Shown: piece by piece, positions 11,401 to 22,591 of the stretch
How positions within the stretch are numbered: position 1 is the stretch's first letter
Layout: each line of letters starts with the position of its first letter
Translations under genes and position numbers: made by a program
Source: Mobula hypostoma
Lineage: Eukaryota
NCBI RefSeq assembly: GCF_963921235.1
Contig: NC_086124.1
Coordinates: 28,024,001-28,088,000 of the forward strand
Length of the DNA: 64,000 nt
Reading direction: 5' to 3'
The notes under the pieces: generated by a model
Told to the model about the DNA's origin: nothing
What the model saw: only the letters and a program-made list of their open reading frames with translations
Databases searched by the model: none

Positions 11401-11837
11401 AAGGGTCTGTCTGTGCTCTAATGTTCTGTGATGTCATGAGGGACATAGAGAAGGTGAATACAATCTTTTTCTCCAGGTCGGGCAGAAGAGAGAAAGTGAG
11501 AAAGAAAGACTTATAAGACTTTACGCCCACGGAACCTCGTGACCATTCCCCTGTTTCCACAGTGTCCCTCCCCCACTCTCCCCTTCCCTTCTGAGTCACA
11601 GAGGCAGACTGAGTGCGCGGAACAGGCCCTCCCGGCCCATTAAACCGCGCCGTTCAGCAAACCATTCATGTAGCACTGGCCTAATCACATAATACATTTG
11701 CAAAAACCAATAACTTACCAGGTGGTAGATATTTGGATTGTGAGCGGAAACCGGAGCACTTGGAGGAGAAAATCCATACGTTCACGGGACGGATGTACAA
11801 ACTCTTTTCAGAAAACGTCGGCATTGAACTTCGAACG

Positions 11838-12277
11838 CTGCCGGAGCAGTGCTGCCAGGATAATAAAGGACACGACCCACATTGCCAACAGACTTTTCGT
11901 CCCTCTTCCCTCCGGGAGAAGGCTCAGGAGGTTGAAGACTCATACGGCCAGATTTGTGAACAGCTTCTTTCCAACTGTGATAAGACTGATGAACGGATCC
12001 TGACCCGGATCTGGGCCGTACCCTCCAAATATCCGGACCTGCCTCTCGGTTTTTTTGCACTACCTTACTTCCCATTTTTCAATTTTCTGTTTATGGTTTA
12101 TAATTTAAAATTTTCATATTTACTAATTTTTACTATTTTTAATATTTTTAATATTTGATATTTGTAATCCAGGGAGCGGGAAGCACAGAATCAAATATCG
12201 CTGTGATGATTGTGCGTTCTAGTATCAATTGTTTGGTGCCAATAAAGTATAAAGTATAAAAGTATAAAAAGTATAAC
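11838..12277 (+). mobile_element. 5'-truncated LINE insertion with (TATAAAG)n tail
   Basis: Absent from the paralogous site at about 43105 (cttcgaac|tccgatgc). Shows AARIIKDTTH...LPSGRR...NSFFP LINE-end coding and a repetitive tail. Confidence 0.75.
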
Positions 12278-15200
12278 TCCGGTGCAACGAGCTGTAATCG
12301 CTTCGAGCTGTCTGCGACGCGACTATGGTGCTGTAGGTCGGTTACCGAGCAGGAATCACTGAGAAAAGCAGCAAATATATTGGGAGGTGGAGACACAGAA
12401 ACCGGCTTTCAGTGTGTAGGAGAGCGAAGTGTTTCACAAAAAAAAAAGGAAATGCGGAAAATAGGCAACCCGGCTTCTCTCTGAGCCATAACAGGTTGAT
12501 AATACATTAGTTTTAAGAGACGTGCTAACAAAAAGCCAGGATTCTCAGTTAAAATGTGGTAGTGAGCAACGGATGATATCATCTCTGCAATGGGTGGTCC
12601 TAACCACAACTGTGAAAGAAGGAGAGTTGGGCATGGGACCAACAAACCAATTCCGTAAAAACCCAGAGATGCAGAAACGCCCACAGAACCTCCAAAGAAC
12701 ACATCGCTGGGATAGGAAAGATCTTGGCATAGCAGATGATTGAAGTAGTCTGGAAAACAATGGGACGGCACAGGATCGATTTCTCTCCAATCGGCCCAGG
12801 TCTGAGGATCCTGGTAAGTTGTGCTGGCGGCCTACGCCGCAGTAAAGGTTATGGGATTTAAGAAGGAAAGGAAGACTTAACATTTGGTCACTTTGCTGAT
12901 AACATCCCAGGCGAAGTTCCTAGGGCGTGTGCACATGAACTGAGTGACATCGCAAGGACATCTTCAACACCGCTCATCCAGGACATATACCGTACATACA
13001 GAAGTGGGCCGGAAAAGAGTCACTAACATCAAGAAGGATCACAGCCATCAGACTGTTAAACCCACTCCACTGATGGAGAAGGCTACGTATGCCCACGGCA
13101 GGACCACAAGCAGTTATTTTCCCCAAGCAGTAAGTCTGAATAACGTCTCCACCCACTAACCCACCCCTGTAGACCCTCAGCCACCAATAGTTTATCACCC
13201 TATCCACCGACAGCCCAGTACCTAGCGTCCTTTATGGAGATGGATAAGAATGCTTTGGTTTTACGATTGTATCCTTTATTTAATAGCATTTATTTGTGCT
13301 GCACCGGACCCGGAGTAATAAGAACTTCGTTCTACTTTACATCTATGTACTAGAAATGCAGTTAAGCAACCTTCCATCTTGCATAAACCTGTGTTTTGCA
13401 GTCGTGTTAATGATCATACTGCAGAATGGGTTAATTTCAAATTGCTGTTATTGATAGGTGACAGCAGCTGGTCTTACTTTCAGGCCAGACAGAATGTTAG
13501 AGGAACTCAGCGTTTCAGGCTGAATTTATGGAGGAGGAAAATCAGTTGCTGTTTCGGGCAGAGACTCTTTATCAACATAGCGAAGCAAGGGGGCAGAAGC
13601 CGGAATACCCAGTGAGTAGTGGGTGCTTGCGCAGGGAATATTCTGTGTTAATGTGAATTTAGCAGATATTAGTTCAATCGAGAACCAGATCTCAGGTCGT
13701 ATTGTAACTGGCAAGCATTAAATTGAAGTTAAAAGGATTGGCGGCCTAGATATGGAAAGAAAATGTTTGTGAAATAGTGACGATGAGACGTTTTACATCC
13801 ACAACAGCCGAGCGGATCAAATGGATCACAGTGAGAATAATTTATTGGAGTAAACAACCTAATTGTAACGATCGTAATAACGTTGAATCACCTCCATATA
13901 TATCTGCTCTGAACGACCAAAAACATGAAGCACTTTTGTGCGACTTTACCGAGAAGGACATAGAGGAAAGGCTGCTTGTTGTGATGAATATCATCAGCTT
14001 CAGTGTGTCTCCGGTGACTCAGCAGGAATGGAAAGGAAGGGGGCAGAGGCAGTATTGCGAGTGGGTACTGTGAGCCTGGACGAGCAGCAGTTGGTACCAA
14101 GACGGGACTGTCTGTCGTCGAGAAGGAGGCAAGTACGAAATAAGCGTTGAAAGGGCTTCAGGACGGGCACAGGATAGAGGTACAGGAGCGTTATAACCTG
14201 CAGTTCCAGCATGGGCAACGACCGCAAACTCTGGCTGTGAAACAGCAGATGACCCTGTCACTACCGGGTCTTGTCACCAGGACAAGAGCTGTTTACAGTT
14301 TCCTGTTTAACTCTGCTGAGCAGTTCACCGATATTGAGTTATATTTCTCAGCTTACTTTTTCATCTGACGTGTGCAATGTACGTTCTGTGATGTGCTCCG
14401 TGGTCCCGAGGAAGAATGTATTGTTTGATCATATATAAGTATCACATGATGAGAATAAACGTGAATTTGAGAAGGAGGAAGTTTAAATGCCACGTCGATT
14501 TTATATATATCATGCACTGCGTGGTAGCTGACTGGAATGTGTTGCGAAACAGAGTCAGAGATAGTTATAGAAAAGCAGTATCTGAAAATATGTGGAAGAA
14601 CACAAACACAAGCGGAGGTTGGGGTGACAGGTGTATTTACCATTACCTTTGCCATGATTGTATAGAAACAGAGCCAGAACACTTCTCCTGAGTGGCAATC
14701 CAAAACACCAGAGAATATGGAATCAAAGTGAGAACGCGGATATTTCAAAGGAGTCTTCCAGAGCAATTGCTTTCACACCGAGAGTGATGGATGCCAGGAA
14801 CGCGTTACTGGGATCGGCGGCGCCGGTCTTTGTAACCGCAGCGGTTCTGCGATGTTTAGAGATGTAGACATGTGAATTGTGTAATATCCATTATATGCCG
14901 GCACAAACGGTTATTTGAAAATGCTGGGATAATAATTCAGAAATTGGCGGTGTGTGCATGTGTAGGAAGTTTCTCGAAGGATTCTGCACGACGTACGCAA
15001 TTTGGGGATTTGGGAGCAACATACCAGATGGAGGTTAATCCGGAATCAGTGGCCTGCTGCACACTGTGTTTGGGGTGAGGTTAAACGCAATCATAAAATA
15101 TTTATTGTATGTGCTGGATACTTAGAGGCTTTGATGTACAGTAGGAACTTTGGCTCGAACTCGATGTCTTTCTGAACGTAACAATGCACGTAGAGATAAG

Positions 15201-16307
15201 AAGGCGTACGCATCATTCCATTAACTGGTCGTGTTTTTAGTGATGGGTTCAGGAAGTCACGCAACAGCTGCGTGAATAATTAAACATCGATATTTCTAAC
15301 TTCCAGTTCATTCTCCCCCTCTACTCTCTCCTCTTCTTTAATTCTCCACTCTTCCTGCACTTACTCCCTCTCTCTCCCCCACTACGCATTTCCTCCGACT
15401 ACAGCCCTTCCCTTTCTCCTGTGATCCATTCACTTTTCAGATCTGATTCCTTCTTCTGCTATTAGTCTTCCACTTATCACCTCCTAACACTGTTTCGCAC
15501 CCCCTCTCCTATTTACCTGACTTTATCTGTCACATTCTAGCTTGTACACTTCCCCTCTGCCCTCCTTCTTACTCTGGTTTCTTACCCCTTCCTTTCCAGT
15601 TTTGATGAAGGGTACCGGAAACCTCGACTGTCTGTTCATTGATATAGATCCCGCCTGAGGTAATGAGTCCCTCCAGGATTTTGTATGCATTGCTGCGGAT
15701 GCCTAGCATCTGAAGAAACTCTAGACTGCATAAATAATTGTTTAGGCCATCGTTTAATTGCCCGTCTAACCATCACTTAGATAGAGTATTGATCAAGCAG
15801 ACATTGAACACGCAGACACACACGAGCAGTTTAAATTAGCCTTATTGATGGCATCGACATCATGGGCCGAACGGCCTATTCCTGTGTATCACTGATCTGT
15901 GTTCATCAATTTCAATCACGTATTTATAAAACTGATTTCAGTGCGTATTCTTTGATTCGATAACCTGGACCAGACAGCCTCGTTTGCCATAGTTCTTGAG
16001 AGACAGACACAATGGTAGAACACGCAGACAAATGCTAATAATATACTCCGCGACACAGAAGCTTGTCTTTTATAATGGAGCGGGAAATTGACGGAGGAAG
16101 TTTCATTTTAACAGTATTTTATTTTTCATTCTTATCGATACAGCAGCGTAGCAGGGGTTTGCACCAGAACCTTCACGTCTTTGGAATGTGAATGCATTTG
16201 GAAGAAACCCACGTCGTCAACGACAGAACATAGAAAATTCATAGAGACGGCTGCGGCGACTGAAACCGCTTTAAACCGCGTTCGACTAGGTGGGCAGCAT
16301 CGGTTTC

Positions 16308-17212
16308 TTACTCTTCATTCCGAATAGTTTCTCTCAAAATGCGAGTGAATGGAAGTTTCACCACCTCTCGCATCTGCTCCCTGAACTTCCTCTGGGTAAA
16401 GGCGTAAAGAGCCGTGTTTGTGCAGCAGCTCAGTAGCTGCAGCATGTAGCCCAGCTCCCTTGTGGTCTCAGGTGGGATCCCAGCACCAAAATATAACAAA
16501 CGCTTCCAGACAGTGTGCACAACATAAAGCATCCACAAGACTATGAAATTCGCCGACACGACCAACAGTAAAATGATCGACTTCCTTCGGTTCTCCATTT
16601 CCGGATCCTTGGAACTATCCCCACTATTACGACTCCGGAGTCTCCCCCGGGCTCTGCTCGCCACTACCACGTGTCTGATGATCAAAGCATTGAGCAGCAG
16701 AATGACCACAAACGGGATCACAGGCGTCAGGGAGTAGCTACTGAATTCAACCAAGGTCCAGGCCACTAAGCGATGTAAAATAAATCTTTCTACGCAAAAC
16801 CGAGGGATGTTAGAGAGGCTATAATTTACAAAGAGCATAAAATACCAGAAAATCTTCTTCAAGCAGCTCAGCGCGGCCACAGTCCCCAGAACCACAGCTG
16901 CCGTTCTCTCGGTGCAGTATTTAGCTTTCAGATTCTGGCAGCGAATAGCCACAAATCGGTCAAAAGTGAACATGACGGTAAACCAAACGGAACAGTCGTT
17001 GGCTGCGTAAAGTAGGACGGCGTGGACATTACAAATGGGGATGTTCACCAGGAATTCAAAAGATTCCGAATAAACAATCGGAATCTGCCTCAGTACCAGG
17101 TCTAAGATAACAACCAGGAGATCCGCTGCCGCCATGGCCATCAGGTAACGAGTGACTCCTTTAGAAAGACCGCATTTTCCCCGGGACAGGACCACAATCG
17201 TCAGCACGTTCA
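16308..17212 (-). CDS. GPR139-like class A GPCR copy A, exon 2 (intact)
   Basis: Acceptor cccaatAG|TGAAC, open to a stop at 16308. Motifs NVLTIVVLSRGKCGLS, AMAAADLL, FTFDRFVAI (DRF), ECL disulfide cysteines and CTNTALY.TQRKFR. Confidence 0.92.
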
Positions 17213-17839
17213 CTATTGGGATTGAAGGAAACACCATCTCGTCAGTGGGGAAGTAGAAATGTCGGCCAAGTTACAGACAGGAAATTTGGAAACATGTTTT
17301 TGAACCAAGACTTGTAGACTGCAGCTTTCCAGCATCGGCGATGTCTGCAGGGGACGAGGATGAGAGAGAGCTCAGTGAAATCAACAAAGGACGGGAAAAT
17401 AACGTCATCACATCAACAAACGAAGATCTGAGAAGGAGTGTTCCCGGATTTCGGTGACGATGGATTTGGAATAGGGGTCCGAATTGGTCATTGAATTGTA
17501 ATTGCTTTACTGTTACCAAACTGGTATAACAAGGTACAGGGAAACACCGTGTACACTGTGCAGACAGATCAATACATTACTGTACTCAGTGCTTTGAGAC
17601 TGTGCCGTAAGTTCAGCTCCAGCTCTCAGGCTTCTTCTGCCGGTCCTTTAAATTTAAACAATATTCCTCAAACGAGAATTGGGAAGTCGTCTATTTTAAA
17701 CTACACTCTAACCTGATGAGTTCTATATCTGAAACTTTAAGAGATAGAAACTCAGTTAAATCTTGTAAACTCCAGCTCAGAACCTGTTAATTTAACGTTG
17801 TTTTTAAATAAAATATTTTGTCTGTTGTTATTTCAGTTT

Positions 17840-18112
17840 TTGCAAACTCTTCAGTAGTTGCATAGACACCTGAAGAGCAGACTATCTGCTGGATGGAACT
17901 GACCAACAACTCTGATAGAGGCAGATGCCAAGTATTTAAGCTCACCAGTGGGAGGTGGTGCTTTAGCACTGCTGGCCCACCACCTTGAGGGAGTCTTGAT
18001 CATAAACGGGCCGAAACTCCTGAAGACAGGTGGCAGATCAACTGATGATCCCACTGGTGATAGCACAGGACAGTTAACATCTTAGTCCACGTGTATTTTG
18101 TAACTCTTTTGT
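17840..18112 (+). repeat. Extra copy of HERO 3' UTR/tail directly upstream of the full element
   Basis: Direct repeat of 21694-21941; the downstream copy lacks about 26 bp (atggaactgaccaacaactctgatag). Confidence 0.85.
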
Positions 18113-21100
18113 TCTGCACACCAGTGACTACCAGGAATAGTCTGGTTGGCAACCGGGAATAGTTCGGTGTCAGCGTGGAGAGACAGCGGGCAGCCAGGAA
18201 AGACTGGCACCGGGGGTGTCAGGATTGGCAGTCTGGGCACCAGCTCAGAAGAGCACCCACCTCTTGAAGCTTTAGTTTATATGGAGAAACATATCCTCGG
18301 AGTCCTCCGAGAGGGAGGGAGAATGATGGACCCAATCGGACGGCTGCAATTAATTACAGGGAACGACTACGGCCAAGAGCTAGGATAACAGGCTCTGAGT
18401 GTCCAGTGTGTTGGTGTGGGAGAGCATTTTCCAGCATTAAAGGTTTACGAGTCCACCAAGCAAAGTTGAGGTGCTAATACATCCCAGTGGATGAAGATGA
18501 GATTTCTTCACCAAGCACAGATGATGTGGTCTTTTCAACCTCTCATTCACAAGCCACAGCGATTCGCTCTGGAGAGTCATCATACTCCAGGTCAGACGAG
18601 AGATAACCCAGGTCAGGTTTCAGACCACAGTACCCAGGTAGATCCTTCGCATGATGGCGGCAGTGTGGAGATAGAGAAGAAGAGGAAGGTCAAGTGGCCA
18701 GCAATGGCAGATGAGAAGGCTTGGCGTGTATTTGATGAGAATATCAGTATGATGCTGGAGAACACTCTCAGGGCAACATCAAAGAGAAAGTTGGAAGTGA
18801 TGGGCGATATGATTTACGATGTTGGAAAGTACAGGTTTGGTTTGGTTGAGTTGAAGAAAGCAAAGCCTTCAAGCAGGCGGCCGAAGGAGATTAGAAAGTT
18901 GAGGAGAGAGCTTAGATCGTTGAGACAGAGGTGGAAGGTAGCAAGTGAGGGTGACAAGCCAGGGCTTGCTGATCTCCGAGAGCATTTTCGAATAAAGTTA
19001 GGATCACTCCGTCGTGCAGAGTCACAACATAAAAAGAGAAAGAAGAGAGAGAAGGCAAGAAAGTCATTCTTTGAGAACCCTCACGTGTTCACAAAGAAAC
19101 TGTTTGAACAAAGTAAGAGTGGGCAGCTTAACATCTCTCAACAAGAACTTGAGGATCAGCTGGCAAGCACTTACTCTAACGAACAGCGGGAGGCTCCTTT
19201 GCTTGACATTTCAGGGCTTGTGAAGCCTACCAAGCCAGGAGTGAAGTTCGATCTGTCAGAACCCAAACTGGCAGAAGTCGAACGGTTCATTAGAAAGGCA
19301 AGGTCAGGCTCAGTGCCAGGACCTAATAGAGTGCCATATAAGGTGTTCAAGAAGTGTGAACAGCTGAGGAAATACTTGTGGAGATTGTTAAAGGTGGTGT
19401 GGAGACAAGGTGTTGTTCCTCTGTCATGGAGTGAGGCTGAAGGAGTATACATCCCGAAGGAAAATAATTCTTCTACATTGAACCAGTTACGACCAATTTC
19501 ACTCCTGAATGTAGAAGGGAAGATTATGTTTGGCATTCTGGCAGAAAGAATATCTTCATTTGTGATAGAGAATGGATTAGTAAATGCATTTGTGCAGAAG
19601 GCAGGAGTACCAGGCTTCCCAGGATGCTTTGAACATTCTAGTATGATATGGCATACCATCCAGGAGTCTAAAAGGTTGAGAAGAAATCTGGCTGTAGTTT
19701 GGCTTGATCTGGCAAATGCATATGGTTCTGTTCCCCATGTCCTGATTGAGTTTGCGATGGAATTCCTATGGATTCCTGCTAAGGTGAGGAACTTTGTTAT
19801 GCAGTACTACAACGATTTCCGGATGAAGTTTTCCACTCAGCTGTTTACAACTAGGTGGCAGAGCTTGGATGTTGGAATCCCAATGGGATGTGCAATTTCA
19901 CCCAACCTTTTTGTGTTAGCCATGGAGGTCATTGTGAGGCCTACAGAATCAGTGGGATCTGGTGTCGCACTTGATGGTGGACAGGAGTTACCACCAATAC
20001 GAGCGCTCATGGACGATCTTACCCTTTTGGGTCACAGCACGGAGACAGTGGAAAATGTACTATCTAGACTCGAGGAGCTAATGGATTGGGGAAGAATGAA
20101 GTTCAAGACCAGGTAGTCAAGGAGCCTTGTTCTTAGGAGAGGAAAGCTGGTTGACTTTAATTTCACCCTTTGTGGAGAGGAGATTCCATCCATTCAGGAC
20201 CAACCAGTTAAGAGCCTCGGGCGATGGTACACAGAGGAGCTGAGAGACATCAAGAGGGTTCAAGAGACAGGAGAACAGATCAACAGAGGTCTGATGTCCG
20301 TTGACAAGTGTGGCTTGCCTGGCAAGTTGAAGTTGTGGTGCTTGCAGTACAGACTGATGCCACGGATAATGTGGCCGCTAACTGTCTATGAAGTGGCAAT
20401 GTCCCATGTTGAGGCAATGGAACGGAAGATCAACAAGTATGTGAAGAAGTGGCTTGGAGTACCGAGCAGCCTCTCCAATGTTGCAATCCACAGTAGCCAG
20501 ACAAAGCTTACCATCCCAGTGCAATCCCTTGTTGAGGAGGTCAAGGTAGCCAAGGTAAGATCATTCTTGATGCTTCGAGACTCAGAAGACCCTGTCATCA
20601 AGAACACCCAGCCAGATGTGAGATCAGGCAGGAAGTGGTCAGCCCGTGTAGCAGTTGATGAGGCAGAGTCTAGATTGAAGCACAAGGAGATGATTGGGTC
20701 TATCCAGCTAGGCTGCCAGGGACTTGGATGGACAACCCACAAACGGTGGTCATCTTCTACAGGTAAGGAGCGCCGTGAGCTTGTAACACAGGAAATACGA
20801 GAGGTAGAAGAGGAGAAGAGGTTAACTAAAACAGCTGGCCTGACCAAACAAGGGGCTTGGACCCAGTGGGAAAGTGTTGAACAACGACATCTATCTTGGA
20901 ACGTTCTGTGGCAGAAGGAACCGCTCCACATTTCTTTTCTATACAGAGCAGCGTACGATGTGCTCCCAACACCTGCCAACCTCAGCACCTGGTATGAAGG
21001 TAAGACAGACAGGTGTGCTGCTTGTGGCGAGAAGGGAACACTTCAACATATTTTGAGTGCATGCAGAGTCAATCTTTCCAGCGGCTTGTACACGTGGAGA

Positions 21101-21941
21101 CATAACAACGTTCTCAAAGATGTAACAGAAGCAGTTGAGCAGAGAGTACTGCAGCACAACTTATCTCATGTCCCATGCTGCACAGAACATCACATATCAT
21201 TTGTGAAAGAAGGCTCCAAGTCAAGGGTGTACAGCATAGGCCCACGATCAAGCATACTTTCTTCAGCCAATGATTGGTGTGTCAAGGCCAACCTGGATGG
21301 GAAAGGCAGTTTCCCGGAACAAATAGCTTTCACCACATTACGTCCAGATATAATCGTATGGTCTGACACCAGTAGGGAAGTGGTTATTGGTGAACTCACA
21401 GTCCCCTGGGAAGACAACATCAATGAAGCCCATGAGTGCAAGTTAACGAAGTATGCAGAATTAAGTTCAGAGTGCAGAGACAGAGGGTGGAAGGTCTTGT
21501 GCTATCCATTTGAAGTAGGCTGCCGTGAGTTTATTGCGTTCACTCTCCAGAAGTGACTGCGTGACTTTGGCTTCCCTAGAAGAGAGATCAAGTCAACCAG
21601 CAGGGCTGTAGCTGAGGCGGCAGAAAAAGGATCAGCATGGGTATGGACCAAGTACATCCAGAGGGGCAGATAGTCAGACAGTGTATACATATCTTGCAAA
21701 CCCTTCAGTAGTTGCATAGACACCTGAAGAACAGACTATCTGTTGGAGGCAGATGCCAAGTTTTTAAGCTCACCAGTGGGAGGTGGTGCTTTAGCACTGC
21801 TGGCCCACCACTTCGAGGGAGTCTTGATCATAAACGGGCCGAAACTCCTGAAGACAGATGGCAGATCAACTGATGATCCCACTGGTGATAGCACAGGACA
21901 GTTAACATCTTAGTCCACGTGTACTTTGTAACTCATTTTGT
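18113..21941 (+). mobile_element. Near full-length RLE-type (R2/NeSL group, HERO-like) non-LTR retrotransposon in GPCR A intron
   Basis: N-terminal CWCGRAFSSIKGLRVHQ...C motif at about 18408; RT motifs QKAG..GF.GC.EH, LDLANAYGSVPH, GIPMGCAISP, LMDD; CCHC knuckle (CAACG...HILSAC); RLE RPDIIVW/ELTVPWE/K.TKY. One frame from 18491 to 21673 with in-frame stops at 20114 and 21554. Confidence 0.9.
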
Positions 21942-22210
21942 ATTTTGAAAACACATTGAAACTTAATCGTCTATATGAACAGTGCCCTTTAAATATTATT
22001 AATGTTTAAAGAAAACATGGAGACACATGTTATTGACTCCATCCGGTCAATATATCAGAGGTTCATCACCCGAAGTTCCGTCAGTGAGGGCGATCGAATG
22101 TGTTAACCGGAACGTATAATTAAATCCCCAACAATCAGAACCTCTTTACCGGAGTCCGTGACCACTACTTGCCAATCTCTCATTCGTCGAGTCGGTGAAC
22201 AGGAACGTAC

Positions 22211-22391
22211 CGGGAAATGCAACCAAAGCGAGAACGGGATAGTAGACGGGCAGAATTGTCAGGAGTAAACACCAGATCCGTATGTCTGCTGTTATCCACG
22301 GATTTTTCGAAAAAATATAGGGAACCAGGTAGAAGACACCCTTCCCCGTCGCTGAAACAGTCAATGGTCCTATTTCTCGATCCTGAACCAT
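22211..22391 (-). CDS. GPR139-like GPCR copy A, exon 1 (N-terminus + first half of TM1)
   Basis: ATG...YYPVLALVAFP G|GTACGT, 181 nt, phase 1. Splices to exon 2 giving VAFP-V-NVLTIVVL; total about 361 aa. Confidence 0.85.
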
Positions 22392-22582
22392 TTCCGTCGC
22401 TGTTCCCAGATTCCAGTCGGTGACTGGCGCCTCGCACGCTGCAGATCCAACCGTTCACGTAAAATCGCACTTTGATATTCGCAACTCCCAAATTATTGTC
22501 TTCCGCTGTCGAGCCGCTGCGGTCCTTGTGTGACGGAGGGGTTGCTCTCGCTAACACTGTGAACCTTCATCGAAAGGAGCAA

Positions 22583-22591
22583 TTTTAAATA
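22583..22591 (-). promoter_or_regulatory. TATA-like box (TATTTAAAA) about 190 nt upstream of GPCR ATG
   Basis: Conserved at the same offset in C (36377-36385) and E (61042-61050, +); mutated to TCTTTAAAA in D (58494-58502). Confidence 0.5.

Noticed and set aside
17213-17237. MVFPSIPI / MPTDMLVFLSIPI as GPCR N-termini
   Set aside because: These are the translated polypyrimidine tract and acceptor of the intron; the true N-terminus is exon 1.
19171-21723. Antisense ORFs (162, 200 aa etc.) over the non-LTR element, and 163-aa antisense ORFs over the Gypsy internals
   Set aside because: Shadow frames of real coding sequence.
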